DNA of 64,000 nucleotides from Magallana gigas (lineage: Eukaryota): the NCBI RefSeq assembly GCF_963853765.1, contig NC_088854.1, positions 9,920,001 through 9,984,000 on the forward strand, given 5' to 3'. The translations under genes and the position numbers were made by a program. Positions 14,551-25,829 of the stretch are shown one piece after another. Within the stretch, counting starts at the first letter, position 1. Every line of letters starts with the position of its first letter. The notes below the pieces were generated by a model, which searched no databases, was not told where the DNA came from, and was given only the letters and a program-made list of their open reading frames with translations.

Positions 14551-14733
14551 CCAGCGCCAGATAGCTCAGTTGGGTATTCTCTTTTGAGAAGTGGACAGGC
14601 ATAGCCTATGTAGGCTATGCCTGTCCACTTCTCAAAAGAGAATAGCTCAGTTGGTAGAGCACCTGACTAGAGATTCAGGCATCAGGGTTCAAATCCTGGT
14701 ATAGTGTGTCATTATTCCTCCCATCCTGTTTCA
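14551..14733 (+). mobile_element. tRNA-derived SINE interrupted by a 70-bp perfect hairpin
   Basis: A-box TAGCTCAGTTGG (14643-14654), B-box GGTTCAAATCC (about 14686-14696), and a non-tRNA 3' tail. No acceptor stem. Confidence 0.7.
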
Positions 14734-15139
14734 AATGAATTATACCTACAGACAAATGTGGCATCACTGACACAATCATTACAATGTCGCCAGGATCGCC
14801 TGCTTACATGACCAGTTCTTCCTATTTTTTCTTTCTTTAGGTTTCCTGACGTCATCTTGTTTCCAATTTTAGAATCTTTTCGTAAAAATACACGAAAAAC
14901 CATGCATATTCATTGAAATTTGCAACTTTAAATGCTCTAATCAATCAATTACGTAGAATAAGACTTCGTAATACGTAGCCCACGGTATCATTTTCGTCTT
15001 TTTCAAACCTTTTCTTTCAACCGGATATTGTCTTTTCAATATAAATGCCAACTTGTTTCCGGATCATGTATTCCGACATTAGCATTTTTTCGTGAGGGGA
15101 TTTTAAAGAATCCTAGTAAAGATAGTCTACCTTATGCCA

Positions 15140-15312
15140 CATGTGCGGATTTAGAGGGGATCGAGTGGGTCTGGACCCCACTAGAATTTTTTTTAATTAA
15201 CATAACATAATTGCCGAAAAATTACCTCGCCCCCACCTCCAGCCATGGCAAACTTTTTTTTAAAAACTCTCGAACCCCCTTCCCCTGGACAAACAATCGG
15301 AATCCGCGCATG
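15140..15312. mobile_element. Short MITE with CATG(T/C)GCGGATT termini
   Basis: CATGTGCGGATT ... AATCCGCGCATG, 11/12 inverted match. No clear TSD. Confidence 0.55.
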
Positions 15313-15337
15313 ATGCATATACACATGTAATACATCT

Positions 15338-15341
<4 letters not shown>

Positions 15342-15392
<51 letters not shown>
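15342..15392. repeat. (AG)n microsatellite
   Basis: Perfect AG run. Confidence 0.97.
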
Positions 15393-15397
<5 letters not shown>

Positions 15398-15605
15398 GGT
15401 GGTGGTGATTACCCTATGTACTATTCCTTCAATCATAGGCATTATTTATTTTTCAATGTTTTTTTTTTCTATAATATAAAGATATACCCTCTACCTAATA
15501 ATGTATTAATAGGTAGGGGTATATTTTTTCATTATGAGGAAAATGTCATGAACTTTTGTTGGTAAAATTATATATCAACTTTAACCTCAAGTTCAGTAAG
15601 TTATA

Positions 15606-16950
15606 TGATTTGAACATATTTTTATTGTACAAAAATTACAACAGGGATTGGACACAAGTTCAAAAACTTAGATCGCCCTCTCCCAATACAAGTTTATAAT
15701 ACAGTAAAAATAATGTATACGCAACATGTAAGGTCAACAGATCATATGACAGTTATATATAAATTTTCAATGGTGTACAAACATCAACTAAATCTTTTTG
15801 TACCTTTGATATAACGATAAACTAGAGAAAATAAATGTTTGTTTTCGCTGACACTGATTGCGTTGTCGCCCCAAAGTAGGACATGAGTATTTACAATATT
15901 TAAATTTACAATATTGAAAATTTCATTAAGCATAATATTTCTGGCCTCTTTATATTTATTACAAGTGAAAAAATAATGATAAGTGTCTTCGAGCTTGCCA
16001 CACGAACAGAGTGGACTATTAATAATATTACAACGAAAAAGATCACTATTTAGTACACAATTATGACGAAGTCTAGTATGAATAATATTTAAAAATCTGT
16101 CACCATAAGTAAAAAAAATCAGGTTTTGTTCGACAGGTAATATCATTCTGATTTATGATAGAAACATGTATTTTTTCTTTGAATGAATGGAGTCACTTTC
16201 ACGGACATCCTTTGAAAGCGCATTCCATTCATTAACAAGAGTGGGAACAAATGAAGATTTATACAATTGTAAACGACATTTTGGTATACTATAATTTTGT
16301 GCATTTCTTGTAAATAATTGGATGCATTAACACGTTTATTTGGGAAAATGTCCATTACATAATTGGGTAAAAAGTTTCTATCAATTTTATTCATGGTTTT
16401 CAGCCTGGACATTTCCCTTCTACTATCAAGTGTTTCCCACCCTGTTTCGAAATAAAGAGAATCCCTAGAAGCAAAAATAGGTAATTCTGTGACGATTCTT
16501 GCTGCAATCAATTGTATTTGTTCTAACCTTTCGGAATCAGTGAAAGTGCACCCGCCCCATACATCAGATAAGTTTGAATTTGAGTTTTTTCATTAGTCCC
16601 AATTTCTTTTGACCATTTGCTATAATAGAGTTGATATAAACTGTCCATGAAAGATCCTCAGAAAAAATAACACCTAAATGTTTGTGAGAAGACACGAATT
16701 CCAAATCACGATCTTGAAATTTTAACAAGGGATTTACAATATTTTTTTAAATATTAAAATGAACTGCTTTGGTTTTTGAAGGATTGAAGCTCAAAAGCCA
16801 TTTCTTAGACCAAATTTCCAGATTTAAAAGATCTTGATTTAGATTAAATTCTATATCTTGTACATTGATTGAAGCATGTTGTAAACTATTATCATCTGCA
16901 AAAAGTCTACAGAATGTTAACATATTATCTGCTATATCATTTACATAAAT
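15606..16950 (-). mobile_element. CR1/L2-like LINE, 3' part (RT C-half plus Cys/His C-terminus), degenerate
   Basis: Minus strand reads IYVNDIAD...CRLFADDNSL (FADDN at 16888-16902). ORF 15784-16146 has HTRLRHNC...SPLCSCGKLEDTYHYFFTC. Frameshifted. Confidence 0.85.
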
Positions 16951-17802
16951 GTTTATACAAGAATAATTACATATTGGGGGAAAATGCTAATAAGCCCTGA
17001 GAACAAAATTGTATATACAGTGTACAGATATTTATTTTCACAACATTTTAATAGCGATTGTAAAAGCCCATGGATTGATTGTATTCAACGAATTTTGAAC
17101 ATGTGCGGGCTACAATATGTCTGGCAGAACCATAATTTTGTCAATATAGAATGGTTATCTGCTACTGTAAACCAAAGATTAAAAGACCAATTTATGCAAA
17201 TATGGTCAAATGATATAAATTGTTCTTCCAGAGGTCAAGTGTATAATATTTTAAAACTATATTTTGGCTTTGAGAAGTATCTTGATATTTTACCTGTAAA
17301 ACTAAGAAAAAAATCATTGAATTTCGTACATCAAACCATCGTTTTCCTGTAGAGACAGGCAGATGGTATAACATTCCTTTGAATGAGAGGTTATGTCTTT
17401 TGTGTAATAAAGGTCTCATTGGTGATGAATTTCATTATATTTTAGAATGTTCGGCACTAGAAGAAATAAGGAAAAAATACATAAACACAAAATATTGGAA
17501 AAGACCAAAATTTTTTAAGTTTTCTGAACTCATGACTAATTGCAATTGTAAATCGCTAAGAAATTTCAAAATTTTTTGATGCTGTCTGTTCCTCTTAGTT
17601 GTTTTCCTATTATGATCCTTTATACTAAAATCTAACATAAGTAGTGATTCTATAGTCTGTTCTTTTTTATTTATATTTTTTCCCTGTATGCAAATGTACC
17701 TGTTTGTCTGTACCTCTGACGATTTGTATTTGTATGTATTATATATATGTTCCTCTTGTACCAAATTATTTGGTTTGAGCGAATAAACTGAACTTGAACT
17801 TG
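16951..17802 (+). mobile_element. 5'-truncated LINE of a second family, nested in the first LINE
   Basis: ORFs 16984-17352 and 17379-17579 (ERLCLLCNKGLIGDEFHYILEC). It ends with AATAAA and an (AACTTG)n tail at 17782-17802. Confidence 0.85.
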
Positions 17803-17880
17803 AATAAGAAATAACAATGGCCCAAGGACAGAGCCTTGAGGCACCCCGGTTATGATTAAGGGATGAGCGTTTATATTCTT
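17803..17880 (-). mobile_element. Upstream remnant of the interrupted CR1/L2-like LINE
   Basis: Minus strand reads TGVPQGSVLGPLLFLI, the RT motif that directly precedes YVNDI at 16950. Confidence 0.8.
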
Positions 17881-18892
17881 TATCGATCTATTGAATGATG
17901 TTTGGCAAATGATATTACTAGTATTCGCAGATTTCTGTCGACAAGTGGGATTATTGGTTTAAAATATTAAAAACTACATGTATTAAAAACTACAAGCGAT
18001 TGTTTTGAGGTAATGTGTTAATTTCTATTTATTAAATCATAACATTTGTGTCACTTTTTTCTCTGGAGATAACTAGTGTTCAAGGAATATGAAGGTTGCA
18101 AATTTACTGTTCAAAGATCAAACAGTTCTTTAAGCCTTCAATTTTTGGTGACACAAATAAAAAAGGGGGTCAAGTGATTGATAGCAAAGTATATCAATTA
18201 TCTTCATCTTGCAAACTTAGACAACATTAACGTTCATCTTTTCTTTTTTTAAGTTGTTGCAACACAATCGCCCCGAAAATTATTCTAATTTTTTTTCTCG
18301 ATAAAAGGAATAGATTTTTCATTTAACTCCCAAGTACAAATTTTCTGGTGACAGTCCATTTCTCAGACAACAATAACGGAGACACGATCTGAACTCTAAG
18401 ATTCCAAAATAAACACTATCTTAGTGAGAAACCGTGGACCAGATATTTCATTTTGAAGCCTGGACAATGAAATGTATCGTATCGGGCGCGCTTAGGAAAA
18501 GAACGGGACACAATGAGAGCGTAGTTCACCCTCATTTATCACTGACAGATGAGGACAGAAGAAAGTGTCGGCATTTCAATCTCAGAAATTTGGCCACTGA
18601 CTTATTTTGCTTTCCGATTAGAAGGAAGCTGGGTCGGAACAAATCTGGTCAACCTGAACATTTTTGCAACGGCGCACAGGTTCATAGATCAGGTGTCGTA
18701 AAAAATGGTGAGGATAGTGGTTTTCAAGGAACGCGTCGACTTAGTCGATGTACTGTGGCAAAGAACTGGTCGTTTTATAATATAAGTAAAAGTACATGTA
18801 ACTATGTAAATGAAATGAATTTTTTTTTTTATTTGATCATCTATTTTTATTTTATTTATTTATTTTTTCTTCATAGTTAAACTTTTACAAGT

Positions 18893-18895
<3 letters not shown>

Positions 18896-18974
<79 letters not shown>

Positions 18975-18980
18975 GAGAGA
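18896..18980. repeat. (AG)n microsatellite
   Basis: Near-perfect AG run. Confidence 0.97.
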
Positions 18981-19349
18981 AAGAGATGGATGTCCAAAGG
19001 GAGGTAATTCCGATATTCACAAATTGTTATAATATTTGTAGCATAAATTTGTCATGAGGTCTAAATTTTATTCAGGTTCTAATGTTTATAAAATAATCAA
19101 ACACGGAATTCTAACTTCTAAGGCACTAACTTCACCTAGGCAAACCCAGTTTACGGTTTCTTTAACCTTCGTTAGATCTTTTTATTATTATAACATCTAT
19201 ATGAATAAATACAAAACAAAACTTAATTTAATAATGCAATGTACTTATGTCACTACATTACCTAAAAAAAAGTCATCACTGATTTGGTGTGTTGAGAATT
19301 TTTTTTGGGGGGGGGGGGGTCTTTCCGGAATTCAAATCAAGTTTGGTTC

Positions 19350-19720
19350 GAGTTTTGATTAATACCAGAACGCTCTTCGGATTGCGTCGTTTATTTTACA
19401 CCATCGGAAAGGTAAAAGACCGAGACTCGAAACGCATGTTGTTTTGTCAATTTGTGACCTGCGAAATTGTCTATTGAATTGTAAAATTTAGGTTGTGTAT
19501 TAAAAAATACCTGACCAGGAGACGGGAGGAGAACGACGAAAAAGATACGATATGGGACGTACGTATCACATATTTGTTGCACGGAGGCACTTTTTAAATG
19601 TTTGTAACTGTACCTAATGTGCTTAGAGGAAATTCGGAACAAGTCTCAGCGTAGCATAAGGAGTTGCATTATATGCTGAAGTTTGATTTGATTCATTTGA
19701 TTCATTGCGTATCGTCACTA
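19350..19720. promoter_or_regulatory. CpG-rich putative TSFM promoter / first-exon region
   Basis: Local CpG enrichment directly upstream of a CpG-poor gene body. It contains the candidate start ATG GGA C|GTACGT. Confidence 0.45.
19552..19558 (+). CDS. TSFM: TSFM exon 1 (tentative; ATG GGA C)
   Basis: Only nearby ATG I found with a phase-1 donor (GTACGT). It yields [21 protein letters not shown], which resembles a mitochondrial presequence. Confidence 0.5.
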
Positions 19721-22700
19721 CAAATCATTGAAGTGTATGATGGCCTAATTGATGGTCATTAAATTGATAAAACGAATATACTAGCTGTAATGATTGTTAT
19801 GTACAGTAACGACTCAAATTATGCAACTCCAAATCACTATCAGCACTGCCCCCTAATCAGGTTGGTCACTGTCCATCGATTGAAGTTTTGACACCCACTG
19901 TTTAGTCTGTAGATACTCCTCTTTCTTGAAGAAATAAATATTTCATCAGCTCCAATTGTGTTTTTTCTCCACTTGTATGCAAGAAAACAAATTAGAGAAG
20001 AAAGAGGTCATGTTGCATGTTGTTTTGTGAATAAAGTTAATCTTTTGGTGAAAAAAAAAAACATGTTAATAATTTTCAGCTTCCTTAATGTTTGAAGAAA
20101 AAAAATGAATTGCAAGAGTGCAAAATTTATGCATTTATTTTTTTTTTAAAAGAAGGTTTATGAAGTACACATGCCAGAGTAAGCTAGTGTACTTGCCCTG
20201 TTGTTTAACATCATTATAATGAGTATTTCTTAAGCGTAATACAAAATGAACTACAATTACTTTCTGTTTGGTTATTTATATCCAGTTCACCTTACTAATT
20301 TGATATTGTCAATATAAGATATCAACAATGTCTATACAATATCGTTTTTACATCATGTGCATTCATTTGTAATCATTTTTATGGTAACGCTGTGACATCA
20401 TGATGTTGACAATATTGGTAAGACTTGGTGATGTTTTTGGAAGAGTCAATAATTCTCATTAATCTTTTATTTATAGGAATATACAAAGACAATATTACTT
20501 AACATTACTAATACTTAACATGTCTCTAAAACAAGTTTAAAGGGAATATTGCAGTAAATGCACTACAGTAATATCAGAACCATGATGTTATGAATGGTTA
20601 ATTAATTTATATAACTCTTTATATTATTTTCCAAATCATTTATTTTCTGATATACTTTAAATATTTGATATATTTTTAGGGTTTTTATTCTCAACTGTAA
20701 ACTTGGTTTGGAAAACTTTCCCTAGACATTACTGTGCTGCTCAGGCTGCTAAAAGTAACCTTAGCCAACTACGAAAGAAAACGGGTATACCACTGAAGAA
20801 TTGCAGAGCTGCACTTGAGAAATTTGACAACAACCTAGAGGAGGTTCCTTTTAACAATATTAATTCTTTGAAATAATTTTATTTTGCTTTTGTCATTTAT
20901 ACATGCTATTTGTATCGTGAAAACAAAGACATCTATTGATTTTGTGTATTTTAAATATTTTAAGAAAATTAATTTCCATAACTTTCACTGGAAAACTTCA
21001 TGGTTAAGATTTAAATGACAACATGAACTTGAAGTAATGTCTCTAGTATTACATAAGAATTAGGAATTTTGAAAGTAGATACATTTATTTTTTTCGCAAT
21101 ATTTGTACAGGCAGAAAAATGGTTGATAGAACAAGCACAGAAAGAAGGTTGGGCCAAAGCAGACAAGTTACAGTCCCGCCCGATGTCCCAGGGGTTGGTG
21201 GGGGTTTTGCAGTCCAGAGCAGGAGCCACCATGGTTGAGGTATCTAATCAAAGCTTCAGGTTTTTGTAAGATATTTTTTTCAGGCTTACTCATTATTATG
21301 CCCCAGCCATGACTGTTTCAGTGCCTAAAGTGTGACCACTTTGGACCCTTGTTTAGGCTTGTGCTTATAGATAATGAGATATTTTTGTTATTGTAGAGTC
21401 CTTTTTGTTTTTAATTTAGTCCTATTATCTAATCATTAGAAAAAACTCGAAAAACCTAGTATGCTTTATGCTGTACATATTTTTTGAATACAAATGCACT
21501 ACTATTATGCCAAAATAGTTCGAAGTTGATTGATATAAAGACATATTGAATGGAAGCAGTTTGATAACCATTGATATTTTACTCAGTTTAGACAACCCTG
21601 TAATCTGATCGATGAATCTTGTTTTATTGGACTGATTTAGGTGAACTGTGAGACAGACTTTGTGGCCAGGAATGAGAAGTTCCAGGAATTGGTGTACCGC
21701 CTCACCACTGCCTGTCACGACAACCTACAGCAGGATACAAATAAGGTTCAAAATCAGAGGGACTTCCTTCCTTTATTTTGATTAGAACACTACTGCTCTT
21801 GTTTATGAGTTATTGTTGTAAGCATTTGTTAACCAACACTTTCAGGATGCTTTGTGTTTTTAGTTAGTGTTTTGATGTAGATTGTCAAGGATTATAGTCT
21901 GTACAGGAAGAAAGAGGATCCAAACTAATAGAGAGCAAATATATATCGAAATTGGAACACAAAGAGAAAAAATATTATGGTTACAAAATTTAAAGGGGGG
22001 AGGAGGAGTTGAGATAAAAAAAAGTTTCATATTTAAAAGATAAACTTCAACTACAGCTTTTTCTTATGTACAAATGCTACAGTTAAATATCGATCATTTG
22101 TGCCATGTCAGTTAGATATCTAATGCCTGACAATAGAAAATTTTCTGTGCTACAGTAAAATTCTTTGCTCTTTAAGCTATTGCTGCCACTTTAAGTATTA
22201 CTGTAACTTCTCTTTTGGGAGATAGAATTATTATAATAAACTTTAAAACTTTGCTAATGTTTAACTCAGCATTGGGTTTTGTTAGTCAGTAGGACAACAT
22301 TCCATTGAATGAAGTTCATGCTCAACTGAAAATGAAGTTCATGCTTATGGAGCTACAGTGAGTATTTTCAAAGATAGTGAACTTTTATAACTTTTCAGAA
22401 ATTCCTACAACATGATGCTGTAAATGACTTGCCCTATGAGGACAAAAAAATGTCTGATGCCGTAGCTTTGGAGGTTGGTACCATTGGTGAAAACATGCGC
22501 CTACGCCGGGCTATATTCCTTCCTAAATTAGAGGGACAGTTTCTGAACTCGTATGTTCATAACTCAGGTGAGAACAAATCATGTACCAACTTTTTGTTAT
22601 GCAAATATATTATTTTTATATTTATTATTTATTATTAGGGCCCCGCAAGGATTTGCGGGTGCCCTATAGTAATCACTCTGTCCGTCCGTCCTTCTGTCCG

Positions 22701-24929
22701 TCCGTCTGTCACTCTTCCGTCCACAAATTTCGTGTTTTTTTCTAATAACTTTTTTTATGGTTGCCCAATCAAGTTCTAATTTGGTATGGTAGTTCAGTAG
22801 GCAGAAATACATATTTTGATGCTAAGTTTGGTTCTCTATGTCTTCTGGTTTGGAGCTGGGGTGGTGGGGTAGATTCCTAACTATGCATAAGAATGAATGG
22901 GCAAAGAGAGATAACTGCTGAGAATGAATGGGCAAAGAGAGATAACTGCTGAGAATGTTACCATTGTATACATGGAAGGCTGTGCAATATTTGTCCTTTG
23001 GGATTAATTAACCTTCCACACTATTTTATTTTTTAATTATTTATTTCATTTTTTTTCTACCTTAATGCTGTTAATTTTAACAGGTAATCAGATAATAACC
23101 CCATTCTGTCATTTCTGAAAAAAAAATCTTATTGTAAATTTAGAAGAAAAGGATGAGAGAGCAGAACAATTAATCCCCTGGGATTAATTATCTTGCCTGC
23201 TGCAGAAAATTTAGAGGCTTATCTCTATCTGTCATATCGAGATTAATGAACACCTTTGTCTGCACTGATGTTTGTTTTGAAGCAAATTAAACTCTCATTC
23301 CATGAGCTGCACCCTAATAGTTTTACCGCTGTTTAAAGGATGGTATTTGATAAAGAATATATTTCATTCTAGTCCAAATACTGAGATTAATTATCTTGCC
23401 TGTTTCAGAAAATCTAAGGTCCATCTTTATCTGTTCTATGTATTACTGTACACATGTGTCTGCAAGTGATTTTTGTTTGAAGTTGAGGCAAAGCCTAGGT
23501 TTTTTTAACAAATTTTATTTCATCCAATGTTAACCTCCTTTATCCCATGGATATGACTCATTGGATATTTTTTTGATATCCCACAGTTGTGACTTTACAA
23601 CGGGATTTGCATAGGCATAATGAAGTAAAATAATGTAGAGTTTTATAAACAGTGTAAACATTGATTGTGGTGTATAAAACATGGGATAAATAGAATCTCA
23701 TATGATTTGTAGTATAATATGATTTTTATCCAACTTGTGTGTTTTATCTCCTCACTAAGGCTCAAGAAAAAAACACTTTAATTGTTGGATGAAAATCATA
23801 TCCAACTCCAAATCATGAGATCCTATTATTGCAGTTCTTTACATCTTATGCTGGGCATTTATTTTTCATCGTTGTTAATATAAAGAGGATGGAATTCAAA
23901 GTTCTTTTCACTTCTCTATAGTTATTGTCATAGCGGGGCCCTTCCTGACTGGTCAGTTTTCTAGTTTATATTATTTTTATATTTTTATAGAAAAAGTCAT
24001 AAAATGTATCAAAATATGACTTATATTACACAAGTAGTAATTTAAATGATTCGATGTTGTCAATTTTTCATGCTTTATATGTACAAGAGCGGTTAAAAAT
24101 TATTGTGTTCCAAAATTTGGAAATACGGTAATCTTAATATTTGGAGCTATAAGAATTAATAATAATGGTGCAGAATGAATGTTTTTTGTTTATTCTTGTC
24201 AAGAGTTTCAAATTTGAAAGAAAAAATGTGTTAAACTGAGGTCGCAATGATCTTTTCAGAGCGTTTTAGAGTAAATTTCTAAATATTGTTTTAAGCCAGA
24301 GTCATTAATGAATACTAACACTACATGTATATAAAATCCTGTTGTACAATTGCACTGGACAAATGCACATTTTCTAATGTAAAAGCCAAATTCTATGATC
24401 TTTAAAATTTCCAGAGTTGAGAGTTATCAAACCTTGCTAAGGAATGAACATTGTTCACTCCTATCTGAGTACCATAATGTAGTTGCTAACTGTATCAAAG
24501 AGGCACAACTTGTGAGGGATTAGTTGGAAATTGTAAACCTCTAAGACATCAACAAGTTTTACTAGCATTAAAAACGTTCTCATATATTTCTTCCTTGTAG
24601 ACAAGAAGGTGGTTATTAATGACTGTCACCTGGGAAGGTTTGGGACTCTACTGAGTGTACAGCATACATCAGGAACAGATTCAGAGGAGTCCATAGAAAC
24701 AGTCACCAAAGGTCTCTGCCAACATATAATTGCTTCTTCTCCCTTAAGTATAGGAAACCCAGCGGACAAGCCTTCTACCAACACACAGGAAGAGACCCAG
24801 CTTCTGTTCCAGGAGTACGCGCTGGACGAGGAAGTGACAGTGAAGGAAATTTTGGACGAGAACGACCTGACAGTGACCGACTTTGTTAGATTTGAGTGTG
24901 GGGAATTACTACCAGAGGAAAAAGATTGA
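19552..24929 (+). CDS. TSFM: Elongation factor Ts, mitochondrial (6 coding exons, about 300 aa)
   Basis: Exons 19552-19558 (tentative), 20680-20843, 21111-21239, 21641-21745, 22399-22567 and 24601-24929 join in frame (903 nt) with GT-AG introns. Motifs: [64 protein letters not shown]. Confidence 0.93.
20680..20843 (+). CDS. TSFM: TSFM exon 2
   Basis: TTTTTAG acceptor; reads [54 protein letters not shown]; GT donor. Confidence 0.9.
21111..21239 (+). CDS. TSFM: TSFM exon 3
   Basis: Reads [43 protein letters not shown] between AG and GT. Confidence 0.95.
21641..21745 (+). CDS. TSFM: TSFM exon 4
   Basis: Reads [35 protein letters not shown]. Confidence 0.95.
22399..22567 (+). CDS. TSFM: TSFM exon 5 (ends in phase 1)
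   Basis: Reads [56 protein letters not shown]; donor G|GTGAGA. Confidence 0.93.
22634..22870 (+). mobile_element. Helentron/HINE-type non-autonomous fragment in TSFM intron 5
   Basis: T-rich start, hairpin CCCGCAAGGATTTGCGGG, then a (GTCC)n microsatellite. This is the usual HINE layout. Confidence 0.65.
22890..22957. repeat. Perfect 31-bp tandem duplication
   Basis: AGAATGAATGGGCAAAGAGAGATAACTGCTG twice plus a partial third copy. Confidence 0.95.
24601..24929 (+). CDS. TSFM: TSFM exon 6 (terminal)
   Basis: TTCCTTGTAG acceptor; reads [17 protein letters not shown]...[15 protein letters not shown]...[15 protein letters not shown] then stop. Confidence 0.93.
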
Positions 24930-25584
24930 ATAATTTTTCCGTTGATTATTATACTCAGTTTGGAATTATTTTTATGAATTGTAACAGAACATCAGGAATG
25001 GATTATGAGGTTTCTTGTTATTTGTCCTTTGACTATTATGCGAGTACTGATACTAATGTATATAATCCAATTATCATTAGTACATGTACTTAACTGGTAA
25101 AACCTCAGTCAATTTTGATTTAGTTTAGCTGCTCTAAATCAATTTTTAATCAGAGATTGAACCTGTTTTGTGGAGGTGTTATCTTCTACTAGTCCTGGGT
25201 TGTATTTACTGTATGTCTAAAGCTATATATTCTATAATAATTGTGTATTAATATACATGTAGTGGTAAATGTGTCTGATTTCCAACACTCTTACTAGTTA
25301 TACAGCATGTAAAGCTTTGTTAAATTGGAGTAGTTATTCCTACTGCAGCTTCAGACAAGCAGTATATTGCTTTGAATGAGTTTGGTTTGAAAAAAGGACT
25401 ATAAATAATTTATGAAAATTTTATAGGAATTTTGTAGCTGGGTTTCATATTCATCCGATTTGAGTCATAATGCTGTGAAACCTGTCCAAATGGTGTAAAA
25501 ATCTATAGCTCATATTATTAGTTTAACAATTTCATTGTTTCTTCAGTTCAAACAATTTTATGACAGCAATTTCAATGCATTTGA

Positions 25585-25748
25585 AATAAAAAATGTATCA
25601 TTTAATAATAATGTAACAATTCATGATTACATGTTATTTGAAACTGAATTGTATCGTATCTCATGTGTTGATTCATGGACAAAACACAATCATGACATAA
25701 AATTGGTGTTTTAATTAATAATTAATTGACATTGTACTAGATAATAAA
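25585..25748 (+). terminator. Candidate TSFM polyadenylation signals
   Basis: AATAAA at 25585-25590 and 25743-25748, upstream of the MoaC acceptor. Confidence 0.4.
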
Positions 25749-25829
25749 CTGATGCAGTGAACATGCTGGATTTATGTAGTGAATTATGCCTATGCATCTG
25801 AGAGTAAGACAAGGTTTATCTTTGTTCAG

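Noticed and set aside
14642-14710. Possible functional tRNA gene
   Set aside because: A and B boxes are present, but the anticodon loop is irregular and there is no acceptor stem; treated as a SINE head.
18434-18880. 148-aa plus-strand ORF
   Set aside because: GTG start, no recognisable motif, runs into a poly-T tract; likely non-coding.
1-19500. MoaA (MOCS1A) exons on the plus strand
   Set aside because: No radical-SAM or GGEP motifs found by eye. Very small exons could have been missed.
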